Assembly (NCBI GenBank): GCA_044346855.1
Contig: JBIIYJ010000001.1
Coordinates: 17,056 to 81,055, forward strand
From: Kiritimatiellia bacterium
GTDB taxonomy: Bacteria; Verrucomicrobiota; Kiritimatiellia; CAIKKV01
Direction: 5' to 3'
DNA length: 64,000 bases
A program made the position numbers and the translations under genes. How positions within the stretch are numbered: position 1 is the stretch's first letter; each line of letters begins with the position of its first letter. The notes under the pieces are model-generated. The model saw only the letters and a list, made by a program, of their open reading frames with translations, ran no database searches and was not told the DNA's origin. Below are positions 46,968-57,547 of the stretch, piece after piece.

Positions 46968-47995
46968 GGGTTGATCACGATCTTGTTGCGCCCCGGCTGG
47001 CCCATCAGCTCCACCGCGTCGTGGATCCGGGACAGGGGAAAACGGTGCGACACGATCTTCCCGGGGTCCACAAGCCCGGTCTCCATGAGCCGGATCGCCT
47101 TCTGCATGGCCAGCGGCGTGGTGCCAAAGCTGGCGTCCATGCGCCCTTCGAGGAAATGGGTCAGCCCGCCGTCGAGCTCGAACGTCTCGTGCGTGGTGAT
47201 GCCGAACACATTCCAGCGCGTGCCCCGCCGGCGCAGGTCGCGGGCCAGCTCCACGGCCCGGATGGGGCCGGCCGCCTCGACCACCAGGTCGGGCCCGTTG
47301 GGCAGGATGTCATAGACCTTCCGCTTCGCGTCCCCGGAAGATGAATCGACCGCGTGCGTGGCGCCCAGCGCCAGGGCGTTGCTGCGGGCATAGGCGCTGG
47401 GATCCACCGCCACCAGCCGGCCCGCCCCCGCCGCGCGGGCCACCATCAGGCACAGCAGCCCGATGCCGCCCGTGCCGATCACCACCACGTCCTCGCCGAC
47501 CTGCATCCCGCTGTACTGGATGACGCCCTTCCAGGCGCCCGACAGAGGCTCGGTCAGGCAGGCCGCATCGTGGGACACCCCGGCTGGCTTGAGGAAACAG
47601 CAGCTCTCCGTCGTGCGCATCAGTTCGGCGAACGCGCCCGGCCACACCTCGTCCGGCCCGTCCCCGCCCGTCGTGAAGGCATGCTGGCAGTAGTGGGTGT
47701 TGCCGGCCCGGCAATGGGGACAGATCCCGCAATAGCCGGAGGGCTGGCAGATCACCTCGTCGCCCGGCTTGAACTGGGTCACCCCGGGGCCCGTCAGGGC
47801 CACCACGCCGGACGGCTCGTGCCCCACGATGGCGGGAAACGCCACATTTTTGCGGATTCCCTTGATGGCCTTGTAATCCGTGGCGCAGAAGCCGCAGCTC
47901 CGGATCCGCACGACCACCTCGCCCCGACCGGGCACGGGATCCGGAACGTCTTCGAGAACGAGCCGGTCGACCTCTTTCAGAACCGCGGCAAGCAT
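46964..47995 (-). CDS. Zinc-dependent alcohol dehydrogenase family (MDR)
   Basis: 343 aa. CGFCATD, GHEPSG, structural zinc Cys cluster CQ..GYCGIC, VIGTGGIG. ATGA overlap with the downstream ADH. Confidence 0.85.
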   Translation of the reverse strand: MLAAVLKEVDRLVLEDVPDPVPGRGEVVVRIRSCGFCATDYKAIKGIRKNVAFPAIVGHEPSGVVALTGPGVTQFKPGDEVICQPSGYCGICPHCRAGNTHYCQHAFTTGGDGPDEVWPGAFAELMRTTESCCFLKPAGVSHDAACLTEPLSGAWKGVIQYSGMQVGEDVVVIGTGGIGLLCLMVARAAGAGRLVAVDPSAYARSNALALGATHAVDSSSGDAKRKVYDILPNGPDLVVEAAGPIRAVELARDLRRRGTRWNVFGITTHETFELDGGLTHFLEGRMDASFGTTPLAMQKAIRLMETGLVDPGKIVSHRFPLSRIHDAVELMGQPGRNKIVINP

Positions 47996-48065
47996 GCGTG
48001 TCTCCTGCGCCGCGGGACGCGGCTTTTCGAACTGACCTTACCCAACCGATGCGGAAAGCGCAGAA

Positions 48066-48962
48066 TCAGAAGGCGAACCGGAGGGAAAGCGCCGGCAGCA
48101 TGCCGGCCTCCGGCCGGAATCCCGCCCGCTCCTCCAGGACGCGGGTGGACGCTTCCAGCCTGTCCCGGTTATGCCGGATCGCGGCGTCGGCGCCCCCGTA
48201 GACGCTTCCCGTGTAGAACGTGATCTCGGCAAACCCGACCACCGCCACCCCGCCCCAGGCTTCGTCCTCGGCGAACGACACGATGCCCCAGATGCAGAGG
48301 GCGTTCATCAGCAGCGACCGGCCTGCGTTGGCGTATTCGCCGGAATAGGCATAGCCCATGCCGGGAATCAGGCCCAGGAGACCGCCCACGGCCGGGCTCT
48401 TGTCGCGCCCCTTCGCATACGCCTCGATCGCCGCGCGCTCCTGCTCCGTCGAACCGGGAACGATCGCCAGGGCCTTATGAGCCCCCCCGTAATCGCGGGC
48501 CTGCAGCCGGACGACGGCCAGCTTCCGGGATGCGGAGGCGCGGACGCTCTCCGTCCGGTTGGAGGCGGTGAGGCTTTCCAGATAGAAGGCGGCCTCCCGG
48601 GGCCGTCCCCGCCGCAGGCTGTTCTCGCCGCGCAGGAGATAAACCTGCTCCTCGAGGCCGGGCGCCGTATCCTCCGCCTGGTCCAGCATCCGCCCCGCCT
48701 GCTCGAAGCGGTCGGCCTTGACATACTCATAACCCGCCATCCAGAAAAAGGCGCCTCGCAGGGCGGGCTCCGCCTCGTCCATCGCAAGCCGCCGGTATTC
48801 CAGGGCGGACTGGGCGTGCTCCTCGGAATCCGCCAGGGAGCGGGCCAGGGCCAGGGAGCTGTCGGAGGCCGCGAACGCGGCGCCAGCCACGCTCAGGGCC
48901 AGGGCTGTCGTCAGCCCTATGAAGGGAAACCTGCCGGTCAAACGACTCATGCGCCGGATCAT
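48066..48962 (-). CDS. Hypothetical secreted protein (signal peptide)
   Basis: 298 aa. Signal peptide ending AFAAS. No recognised domain. Confidence 0.5.
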   Translation of the reverse strand: MIRRMSRLTGRFPFIGLTTALALSVAGAAFAASDSSLALARSLADSEEHAQSALEYRRLAMDEAEPALRGAFFWMAGYEYVKADRFEQAGRMLDQAEDTAPGLEEQVYLLRGENSLRRGRPREAAFYLESLTASNRTESVRASASRKLAVVRLQARDYGGAHKALAIVPGSTEQERAAIEAYAKGRDKSPAVGGLLGLIPGMGYAYSGEYANAGRSLLMNALCIWGIVSFAEDEAWGGVAVVGFAEITFYTGSVYGGADAAIRHNRDRLEASTRVLEERAGFRPEAGMLPALSLRFAF

Positions 48963-49083
48963 GCCAGAACCTTTTCCGTTTCACAAGCTTCCCGTTTGGC
49001 CGGTCTTAATCCGTTTCAATCCTCTTGTGGCAAACCGGTCAATACGCTACCGTTGCAGGCGTAAATCACTCCCGGGAGGTTTC

Positions 49084-52059
49084 ATGCATCCGTTCCGCCG
49101 CCCCGCCCTGGCCGCCTTCGCCCTGACCGCATCCCTGCTGGCCGCCGCCGAGCTCAAAGTGGCTCCGCTCGAGGCCGAACTCCCCCCGACCAGCGGCTTT
49201 GTCCCGGTCCGGCTCGACGCCTGCGCCAACGCGCTTGAGGAAGCCGCCCTCGGATCCGACGCCGTCCTCGCCAACGCCATCCCGTTCGAGCTCGTCCGCA
49301 AGCCGGGCGTCAATCACGTGTTCCTGAAGGAGGCGAACTGGGCCGACTGGGCCAAGGATCCCAGCTCCTACTATTCCCCCTACGACACATTCCCCACCTC
49401 GCGCACGCCGAACCGCGTCATTTTCACCATCCCGGCTGCGGATTACGCGGCCGTCCACCTGCTGGCCTCGGCGGAGGACGACACGAACCTGTCGCCCATC
49501 GTCAGCTTCCGGATCGGGGCCCTGGGCGGCGGGCACGGGCAGGTGCTGTATCATGATTTCCAGGCAACGATTCCCCGGGTTTCAGACAAGCCTGGCTCCG
49601 TCCCTTTTATCACCACGCCCAGGGGCAAACTCTTCCTCGTCCGCGTGCCGCTTGAAAAAGCCATCGCGCAGGATTTCATCAACCGGAAATCGCTCTCGGT
49701 GGAAGTCACCAAGGAACTGCGCCTGGCGGTGCGGCGGCCCGATCCCTGCCGCTACCAGATCCGCCCGCTCGGCCTCCCCAGCGGGGTGCGGATATTCGGC
49801 ATGACGTTCCAGTATGCGCCGGTGCAGATGGCCGTCACCACCCGCCAGTCGGGCCACATTTTCAACGAGCCCGAGACGCCGCAGTTCCAGGTGAGCCTGA
49901 CCCGCCTGCTGCCCGGGGGGAAGGCCTTCACGCTGGAGGCGGAGGCGCGCGACCGCTACGGCAACGTGTTCACCAACGCCGTCGAGGCGACGCCGCCGGC
50001 CGCCGGAACGCTCGCGCTCGACCTTCGGCTTCCGGTGTCCACCCGGGGCTGCTTCGACGCCGTCTTCACCCTCAAGTCCGGGAGGAACGTCGTGCTGGCG
50101 CGCCGGACCTCGTTCGCCGTGCTGCCGCCGGACACGCGGAAATACCGGGCCGAGTCGCCTTTCGGCGTCTGGGATTTCACGGGCGCCCACTACACGCCGG
50201 CCGATCCGGATTTCCTCGGCCCGCTGTACGTCAAGGCGGGCCTGCGGTACGGCATGTTCAACGTCGCCGAGGAGCACCGCGCCCGCTACGGCCTGCTCAA
50301 GGGTAACGACCTCAAGCTGGATCCCGCCCAGATCGAGGCCCTGGCCGGGGCCATGAAGACGAACAGCGCCATCAAGCAGCCCGACCGGCTGATGATCTTC
50401 CACGAAACGTCGATCTCCGGCCCGCAGATCACGCGCACCCCGGACTTCTTCACCGGCCGCGGGCCCTACGTATTCAACGAGAAGGAGCAGGCGACCTTCT
50501 CGAACCTCTGGGCCGCCGCCGAGGCCACGGCCAAGGCCATCCGGACGCACCTGCCGGGCACGGAGATCTATTTCGGGAACGGAGCGCCGCTCCTGCTGGA
50601 GGAGTTCCTGCGCCGCAAGTTCCCGGCGGAGTGGCTCGGGTCGCGCGGCAACGAGGCGGGCACCTTCATGCGGATGCCGGAGCAGCAGCCGCCCGACTTC
50701 ATCGCCAACAACGCCGGCCTGTTCATGGACCGCGCGCTTCTGGACGGGTACGGCTACGCGGACACGCCACTCCGCCAGTGCTACGAGATGTGCTACCCCA
50801 ACACCAACCCCGGCAACCTCAGCCCCGACACGCAGGCGCGCTACCTCGTCCGCCACCTCATGCACTCGCTGGCCTGGCGCATCCCGATCATCCGCTCGAG
50901 CCTGATCGTGGATACCGGCAATTCCTATTACTTCAGCAACTGGGGCGCCTCGGGCCTGTGCTACGCGATGCCCGACGTTCGCCCCAAGCCCTCCTACGTG
51001 GCCATGGCCACGCTCACGCTGCTGCTGGACGGCGCGACGTTCACCCGCATGGTCCCCACCGGCTCCCCCGTGGTCTACGCCTTCGAGTTCAGGAAAAAGG
51101 ACAACTCCCACGTCGTCTGCCTCTGGACGCTGCGGGGTGCGCGCGAGGTCGGCATCCCCGGGATTTCGGGAAGCACGCTGACCGACCTCATGGGAACGGA
51201 GTCGACCCTGAAGATGGACCGATTCACCCTGTCCGCCGATCCGGTGTTCCTGACGGTGGCGAAGCCGCTGGGCCAACTGACCCTGGGGCCCGCGCTCATG
51301 GAGACGCGCCCCGCCGGCAAGCCCTTCGCGGTTTCCCCGCTCGCCCGCCTGGCCGACTGGACCGTCGAGACGGGGAACAGCCTGGAACTGGAAACCTACA
51401 ATCCCCTGGAACCCCGCCGCAAGGGCGATTTCCTTTTCACCGAAACCGCCGCTTTCGAAGGGGAGCCGAACGTGCTCGCCGTCAGGGCGAAGACGCCGGT
51501 CGCAGGCAAGGAATTCCTGCCGATGTACTCCGTCCTGAAGCACAACGCGCCCGCCGATATCCCCGGCCAGCCGACCCGGATCGGCCTCATGGTCAACGGC
51601 AACGGCGGCTGGGGCCGGGTGATCTTCGAGCTGACGGACGCCTCCGGCCAGCGCTGGATCTCCATCGGGGCCGAAGAGCGGGGCGAGCCGACCCGCTGGC
51701 TGGCCGACATGCTGCCCCCGGAAGAATTCCAGAACCTGAAGTCGTCGAACCGCTCGGACTGGAACACCAATGACGCCTGGCAGCGGAGCTGCATCAACTT
51801 CGAAGGCTGGCGCTACCTGTCCTTCCCCCTGCCGGGCAACTATCCGGGCGAAGGCTACCACTGGCCGTACAGCAGCCAGTGGCGCTATTCGGGGGACGGC
51901 ATCGTGCATTACCCGATCCGGCTCACCCGCCTGATCCTGACGATCCCCGAAAAGGTCCTGACCGGAACGGTCTACGCGGCGGTCCCGCGCCCGGAGATCT
52001 ACCTCAAGGACCTGATGGTCACCTACGATCCGCCGGAGGTCGCTTTCACGGCTGAGTAA
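49084..52059 (+). CDS. Large secreted protein of unknown function (991 aa; probable carbohydrate-active enzyme)
   Basis: Signal peptide MHPFRRPALAAFALTASLLAAA. Balanced composition, whereas the antisense 831-aa ORF is R/G-rich garbage. No recognisable catalytic motif. Confidence 0.6.
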   Translation: MHPFRRPALAAFALTASLLAAAELKVAPLEAELPPTSGFVPVRLDACANALEEAALGSDAVLANAIPFELVRKPGVNHVFLKEANWADWAKDPSSYYSPYDTFPTSRTPNRVIFTIPAADYAAVHLLASAEDDTNLSPIVSFRIGALGGGHGQVLYHDFQATIPRVSDKPGSVPFITTPRGKLFLVRVPLEKAIAQDFINRKSLSVEVTKELRLAVRRPDPCRYQIRPLGLPSGVRIFGMTFQYAPVQMAVTTRQSGHIFNEPETPQFQVSLTRLLPGGKAFTLEAEARDRYGNVFTNAVEATPPAAGTLALDLRLPVSTRGCFDAVFTLKSGRNVVLARRTSFAVLPPDTRKYRAESPFGVWDFTGAHYTPADPDFLGPLYVKAGLRYGMFNVAEEHRARYGLLKGNDLKLDPAQIEALAGAMKTNSAIKQPDRLMIFHETSISGPQITRTPDFFTGRGPYVFNEKEQATFSNLWAAAEATAKAIRTHLPGTEIYFGNGAPLLLEEFLRRKFPAEWLGSRGNEAGTFMRMPEQQPPDFIANNAGLFMDRALLDGYGYADTPLRQCYEMCYPNTNPGNLSPDTQARYLVRHLMHSLAWRIPIIRSSLIVDTGNSYYFSNWGASGLCYAMPDVRPKPSYVAMATLTLLLDGATFTRMVPTGSPVVYAFEFRKKDNSHVVCLWTLRGAREVGIPGISGSTLTDLMGTESTLKMDRFTLSADPVFLTVAKPLGQLTLGPALMETRPAGKPFAVSPLARLADWTVETGNSLELETYNPLEPRRKGDFLFTETAAFEGEPNVLAVRAKTPVAGKEFLPMYSVLKHNAPADIPGQPTRIGLMVNGNGGWGRVIFELTDASGQRWISIGAEERGEPTRWLADMLPPEEFQNLKSSNRSDWNTNDAWQRSCINFEGWRYLSFPLPGNYPGEGYHWPYSSQWRYSGDGIVHYPIRLTRLILTIPEKVLTGTVYAAVPRPEIYLKDLMVTYDPPEVAFTAE

Positions 52060-52119
52060 CTGACTTTCAAACTCCACTCACTTTATATATACTTGAAATT
52101 AAATAACAAAGGACTCCGC

Positions 52120-55100
52120 ATGAATCATCGCCCCCTTTCCGCCTTGCTGGCGATCCTATGCCTTGCGGCGCTGTCGGTGCACGCCCAGGATTCCGTGCGG
52201 CTCCTGGACACCCCGGCGGAAGCCCTCTTTTCCGCCCAAGGCGGCTCGTGGAGTCTGCTGACGAACGCGGGCGAACCGGTGCTGCGCTGGCAGCCGGAAG
52301 CGGGGCAGGCCGCCGTGCTGGAGGTGCCGGCGAGTTCCCCCCTCCTCGAACGCATGAAGTCGATGGACTGGCTGAACCTGGAATTCAACATCGTCACGGG
52401 CCGGGTGAACGACCTGACCCTCGCCACGCGGGGTTTGATTTCCAGCCACCGCCGCTACAAGGTCCACAGCACCACCGTGGCGCACAACACCACACGGGCA
52501 GGCGCCTGGCACACCGCCGATCTTGAGTTGTCGCGCCCGAACTGGTTCCCCTGGGACAATCCGGACGGCTCCGACGCCGATGTCTTCTTCCGCTTCTCCA
52601 CCCTCGCCCTGGAGCCCGGGACGATCATCGAATTTCGGCGTATGACCGCCCACACCGGCTGGCTTCAGCTCAAACCCGATTTCGAGTATCCGGTCACCTG
52701 GCCGTTCGCGGCGCCCCGCCCGGACGGGTCGGTCGAATACCGCATCAGCTGGCAGTTGCTGAACGCCTCCGGCAAGGCGGACATCCTGTCGGCCGAAATC
52801 CTCTCCACCCACAGCCTGTTCCGGCCGGCGTTCGTGACGAACGACATCGACACCCGCGTGGGCGGAGCGCCGGTTCCCTTCGATCTCGTGGCCATCCTTC
52901 CCGCCGAGGCGGCCCGTGCCGCGGCGCCGCTCGCGGCCGAAACCCTGCGCGTCAAGTTCAGCCTCAAGGGCCGGCCCGAGGTGGCGGTCTATTGGTCCGG
53001 AGACCTGGTGGCGCCCCTGCCGGCCGGCACCCGGCGCCAGGTGGTGTTCACCGACCCGGTGCTGCAGGATGCGCGCGCGGCGGCCCGGCAGCCCACGGGG
53101 GAACTGGCGCGGATCCTGGAACTGAAGAAAGTGATCGCCGCGGCCGACGAATTCAAAAGCAAGAAACTGCTCCAGATTCCGACGGGCCACCAATGGCCCG
53201 GCTCGCCTTTCCTCCCGCCCTGGACCATCACCGATACCATGTGCCAGATTTCCAACAAGGTCACAGGCGAAGTGGAATTCAACACGTTCCGGGCCGGTTT
53301 GGGCTGGAAGAAATACCTGGAATATCCCGGCAACGCTGCCGAAAACCTTGGGCAGGCCTACCTGTTCACCGGCGACGAAAGCTACGCCACGCAGGCCATC
53401 GCCTATTTTTCGCTCCTGTCCGTTCAATACCCGCTCCTTCCCCTGAACAAGGCGTTCGAGCTTCCCTGGGCCGGGGGCCCCGCCACCCTGGGTGCCTCCC
53501 GCTGGTCCAACGGCAGCACCTACGGCGGATCCATGTTCATGCGCCTGCAGAGCCGTCTGCTGAACATGGTCTCCGAGTCGCCTTCCTGGACCGAAGCGGT
53601 CCGCGCCGCCGTCTACACCAACTTCGCGGTCCCCTATTGCCTGGAGATCATCAAGTTCAACGGCGGCATGAACAACCAGACCGATATCGGGAACCACAAC
53701 GTCCTGCTCATGGGCCTGGCCTTCCAGGACGCCGGCCTCGTCAAGTGGGCGCTCCAGCATGACGGCGGCATTCTCCCCCGGCTCACCGACATCGACGCCG
53801 ACGGCTTCTCCTCCGAAGGGCGTCCGATCGGCTACCACCTGGCCGGCATGGCGGAATACATGCCCTCCCTGGCGTACCTGAAAAATTCAGGCCTCGCCGT
53901 GCCCGTGCCCTGGGCGCGGCTCCTCTCGGCCGTCCGCATGCCCTTCCAGCGCGCCGCGCTCAACGGCCGCATCCCGAATACGGGCGACTGCGCCCGCTGG
54001 CAGAACGCAGCCCTGAACCCGCACGTCGATCACATCCTCGACGTCTTCCCCGGCGAGCGGTGGCTCGACCTGGTCGCGGCCGGAACAACGCCCGCCGCCC
54101 GGATCCGCCGCTTCAACCAGGGCGGCGCCGCGCCGGACAAGGATCGCTGGATGGCCCTGCTCTCCCCCGCGCCCATTCTCTTCCCCCATGCCGGCATGGC
54201 CATCCTGCGCACAGGCGACACCCCCGAATCGCAAATCATGGCCACCCTTGATTACGGGCTGAACGTTTACCACGGCCACCTGGACCGCCTGCAGGTGACC
54301 CTGCTGGCCTTCGGCAAGACCTTCACCCACGGCTTCGGAAGCGTCTACAACGTCGGCCGGGGCGGCATGACCAACGGCGCCGAGGTGCTGAAAAACGTCA
54401 ATTGGGCCAGTTCGCTATTTCAGAATGTGATCCTTGTGGACCAGGAAAGCCAACGCCCCGCCATCGGCCGGCTCCTGGCCTGGAGCGCGCAGCCCGACTT
54501 GCAGGCGGCCGTGGCGCGCGTCGAGGGCATCGCCCCCGGGGTCGCCCACACCCGCGGAATCGTGCTGACGGAAGGGCTGCTGGTTGTCCTGGACCGCATG
54601 GAGTCGGACCAGCCCCACCAGTATGACTGGGTTTACCACAACTTCGGCGACCTGGCGCTCGGTGCCGGCTGGACCTCGGAGCCGGCCGCGGCCCCGCTGG
54701 GCGAGAGCAAGGACGTCGGGTATCCCTTCATCCAGGAATTGCGGAAACTGGCCGGCGCCGGCCCGCTCCGCCTGACGTGGGACCTGACCCGCCAGGTGGA
54801 CGCCCTGGCGCCGCCCACGAACGCCCTGCCGCCGTTCCAATTGGATTTCCGCCAAGTCTGCAGCGAGCCGGGGGATACCTACACCGGCGTTGTAGGACTG
54901 AACAACCCCAACACCCGGACGGTGTGGGACCGGGCGCCCTCCGTCTTCCGCAGGGTCCGCGGAACGAGCGTCTTCTGGGGCACCGTGCTGGCCCCGGCCG
55001 GCGCCGATTCCCCCCTGGCCGGGGTGGAGGCGGACGGGGCGGACGGCGTGAAAGTGACGCTGACGAACGGAAAGACCTTCACCTGCACGCTGTCGGGCCT

Positions 55101-55131
55101 GGTCAAGGATTATCCAGCCAAGGGGCCTTAA
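52120..55131 (+). CDS. Large secreted heparinase II/III-like family protein (1003 aa)
   Basis: Signal peptide LSALLAILCLAALSVHAQ. C-terminal region YHGHLDRLQVTLLAFGKTF resembles the heparinase II/III motif. SD AAGGA. Confidence 0.55.
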   Translation: MNHRPLSALLAILCLAALSVHAQDSVRLLDTPAEALFSAQGGSWSLLTNAGEPVLRWQPEAGQAAVLEVPASSPLLERMKSMDWLNLEFNIVTGRVNDLTLATRGLISSHRRYKVHSTTVAHNTTRAGAWHTADLELSRPNWFPWDNPDGSDADVFFRFSTLALEPGTIIEFRRMTAHTGWLQLKPDFEYPVTWPFAAPRPDGSVEYRISWQLLNASGKADILSAEILSTHSLFRPAFVTNDIDTRVGGAPVPFDLVAILPAEAARAAAPLAAETLRVKFSLKGRPEVAVYWSGDLVAPLPAGTRRQVVFTDPVLQDARAAARQPTGELARILELKKVIAAADEFKSKKLLQIPTGHQWPGSPFLPPWTITDTMCQISNKVTGEVEFNTFRAGLGWKKYLEYPGNAAENLGQAYLFTGDESYATQAIAYFSLLSVQYPLLPLNKAFELPWAGGPATLGASRWSNGSTYGGSMFMRLQSRLLNMVSESPSWTEAVRAAVYTNFAVPYCLEIIKFNGGMNNQTDIGNHNVLLMGLAFQDAGLVKWALQHDGGILPRLTDIDADGFSSEGRPIGYHLAGMAEYMPSLAYLKNSGLAVPVPWARLLSAVRMPFQRAALNGRIPNTGDCARWQNAALNPHVDHILDVFPGERWLDLVAAGTTPAARIRRFNQGGAAPDKDRWMALLSPAPILFPHAGMAILRTGDTPESQIMATLDYGLNVYHGHLDRLQVTLLAFGKTFTHGFGSVYNVGRGGMTNGAEVLKNVNWASSLFQNVILVDQESQRPAIGRLLAWSAQPDLQAAVARVEGIAPGVAHTRGIVLTEGLLVVLDRMESDQPHQYDWVYHNFGDLALGAGWTSEPAAAPLGESKDVGYPFIQELRKLAGAGPLRLTWDLTRQVDALAPPTNALPPFQLDFRQVCSEPGDTYTGVVGLNNPNTRTVWDRAPSVFRRVRGTSVFWGTVLAPAGADSPLAGVEADGADGVKVTLTNGKTFTCTLSGLVKDYPAKGP

Positions 55132-55152
55132 CCAATAATCGGGACACAAACC

Positions 55153-56667
55153 ATGTCGTCCGCCATCCCCAATCTGATTGTCATCTGCTCCGACCATCAC
55201 CGCGCCTCGGCGTCGGGTTGCTACGGCAACCCGGTGGTCAGGACGCCGGCGCTGGACCGGCTGGCCGGCCAGGGGGTGCAGTTCAACCGGTGCTTCTCGC
55301 AGAATCCCGTCTGCGCGCCGGCACGCGGCTCCATCCTTACCGGCTGCAACTGCCATCGTACCGGGATCCTCCGGAACGGAGTCTCCCTGCCGCGATCCAT
55401 CCCGACCCTGGCCGATCTCTGGAAAGCCCGGGGCGCGGCAACCGCCTCCGTGGGAAAGCTTCACCTGACCCCGCAGCAGGAAGGCGTGGCCGAAGCCCCT
55501 TATTTCGGCTTCGACCGCGTCGAGCCCGTGGAGGACAACAGCGTCGGCCCCTACCTCGACTGGGCGTTGAAGAACTACCCTGAACACGCGGGCTACCTGA
55601 TCGGCACGCTCTTCAACATTCCCGCGAATCCGGACTACTGGAAAGGAAGGCGCGACTTCCGGAACGAGGTGCAAGCCTGTCGGGCCGCCCACGTGCTGCC
55701 CCGCGAGATCAGCGCCACGTGCAACTGGGGCTTCGGCCACTATTCGCCCCTGCCCGAGGAAGCCCACAAGAACACGTGGATCACCGACCGCGCAACCGGC
55801 ATCGTGAAAGGGCACGACACGGGCAAGCCCCTCTGCCTCTGGGTCGGATACGTGGACCCGCACAACCCGTTCGACCCGCCCGGCCGATTCCAGCGGATGT
55901 ACGACCCGGACGCCGTCGACGCTCCCGTATACAGGCCCGGCGAGGAGGCGGGCTGGACGCCCCACCACAAGGCCCTTCACGCCTATACGGGCGCCTTCAC
56001 GGACCGCGACTGGCGCGTGCTGCGTTCCCTTTTTTATGGTTCCGTAACGTTCATGGACGAGCAGATCGGCCGCCTGCTGGCCGCCGTCGAGAGCCGGCTC
56101 GACATGTCCAATACGATCATCCTCTACCTGTCCGATCACGGGGACATTCTCGGCGACCACCGGATCATCGGCAAGAACTGCTACCACTACGACGGAGGCA
56201 TCCGGGTGCCCCTGCTCGCGCGCTGGGACGGGCGCTGGAAGGCCGGCGTGAAGACGGACGCGTTCGTGGAGCAGCCCGACATCGTGCCGACCCTCCTCCA
56301 GGCCTGCGGGCTGGACACGACGTCCTCCCTGCCGCCGGACGGCCTGTCCTTCGCCCCGGTGCTGGACGGCTCGTCGCAGGCCGGCCCGCGGGATCATGCC
56401 TTCATCGAGAGTTTCAGCGGGGCGCCCGAGGACAGGACCCCCGCCCCCGCCAACTGGGCGCGCACCATCCGCACGGAGGGGTGGCGCGCCACGTTCTACC
56501 CCGGACCCGTCGGCGAGCTTTACGATCTGAGGAACGATCCCTGCGAAAGCGTCAATCTCTTCGGCGACCCGCGCTTCGGCGGGGTGGTCGAGCAGCATCG
56601 CCGCATTCTCGTCGACCGGTTGACCCGTCTTGATTATCCGCTCCGTAAAACCCACTACGCCGTCTGA
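55153..56667 (+). CDS. Sulfatase (formylglycine-dependent arylsulfatase family)
   Basis: 504 aa. CAPAR (C-x-P-x-R) formylglycine motif, followed by the GSILTG region. Confidence 0.9.
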   Translation: MSSAIPNLIVICSDHHRASASGCYGNPVVRTPALDRLAGQGVQFNRCFSQNPVCAPARGSILTGCNCHRTGILRNGVSLPRSIPTLADLWKARGAATASVGKLHLTPQQEGVAEAPYFGFDRVEPVEDNSVGPYLDWALKNYPEHAGYLIGTLFNIPANPDYWKGRRDFRNEVQACRAAHVLPREISATCNWGFGHYSPLPEEAHKNTWITDRATGIVKGHDTGKPLCLWVGYVDPHNPFDPPGRFQRMYDPDAVDAPVYRPGEEAGWTPHHKALHAYTGAFTDRDWRVLRSLFYGSVTFMDEQIGRLLAAVESRLDMSNTIILYLSDHGDILGDHRIIGKNCYHYDGGIRVPLLARWDGRWKAGVKTDAFVEQPDIVPTLLQACGLDTTSSLPPDGLSFAPVLDGSSQAGPRDHAFIESFSGAPEDRTPAPANWARTIRTEGWRATFYPGPVGELYDLRNDPCESVNLFGDPRFGGVVEQHRRILVDRLTRLDYPLRKTHYAV

Positions 56668-56680
56668 GCAAGGAGTCATC

Positions 56681-57247
56681 ATGCTGACGTTCGAAGACAC
56701 GCTCCCGCTTGCGACCAGAAACGGGCTCTCCCTTCCCGCCCGCCGGCTGACCCGGGCCGACGGTCCCGCCCTGGTTGTTTTCAACAACGCGCTGGGAGTC
56801 GAGTCCCGCCGGAAATTCACGCCCCACGCCTACGACGGGGCGACGATCGAAAAAATGATGTCCCGCTCGGAGTCGGGCGACGACTACACGTTGGCCGCCT
56901 TCGACGGGCCGCTCCTGGCAGCCTATTTCTTCCTCTGGTATTTCAAACGGACGGTTCCCCTTCTGGGAATCGGAATGCGGGACGAATACCAGCACCAGGG
57001 GCTGGGCATCCAACTGATGAGGCACCTGATCGAAGCCGCCCGCGAAACGGACCGGGACGGGGTCGAATTGACCACCATGCTGGACAACCACAACGCCTTC
57101 GCGCTTTACCAGAAGTGCGGATTCAAGTATTACAAAAACGTGGAAAATGTCACAGGCGACGGCACGGTGGTAATCGAACGTGCCATGTTCCTGGCCTTGA
57201 AACCCGGGGCTGAACCCATGAAAGGCCGGCACCAACCGCCAGCCTGA
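56681..57247 (+). CDS. GNAT family N-acetyltransferase
   Basis: 188 aa. Acetyl-CoA binding QHQGLGIQLM and the C-terminal A..Y..CGF motif. SD AGGAG. Confidence 0.8.
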   Translation: MLTFEDTLPLATRNGLSLPARRLTRADGPALVVFNNALGVESRRKFTPHAYDGATIEKMMSRSESGDDYTLAAFDGPLLAAYFFLWYFKRTVPLLGIGMRDEYQHQGLGIQLMRHLIEAARETDRDGVELTTMLDNHNAFALYQKCGFKYYKNVENVTGDGTVVIERAMFLALKPGAEPMKGRHQPPA

Positions 57248-57346
57248 TCACTTTATAACTTTTTCAGATATCCACTTGCGAGCGCCTTCATTTCTGATAT
57301 AGTAGCATCAATTTGTCGCTACAGATAGAAACAGTGGAGGGGCTTC

Positions 57347-57532
57347 ATGAATCTTGGTATCGGTGATCCGTGGGTATTGCTGGCTTATGTGCTATCCATT
57401 GGCAGCTCCCTGCTGTGCGTTGTCTACGGGATCGTCAATTGGAACAAGGGCGATGAACCGGTGAAGCCGGAAGACGTCAAGTGGGCCACCGAAGAGAAGG
57501 CCGAAGTCGAAGAAGTCTCCAACCCTCGTTAA
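57347..57532 (+). CDS. Small single-pass membrane protein preceding the SSS symporter (cf. DUF4212/DUF997 symporter accessory subunits)
   Basis: 61 aa. TM helix WVLLAYVLSIGSSLLCVVYGIV. Strong SD GGAGGGG. Sits 15 nt upstream of the symporter gene. Confidence 0.55.
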   Translation: MNLGIGDPWVLLAYVLSIGSSLLCVVYGIVNWNKGDEPVKPEDVKWATEEKAEVEEVSNPR

Positions 57533-57547
57533 ACAAGGACATCCGCC

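Noticed and set aside
49582-52077. 831-aa minus-strand ORF opposite the 991-aa secreted protein gene
   Set aside because: R/G/D-rich and uninterrupted only because of GC bias. The plus-strand product has a signal peptide and balanced composition.
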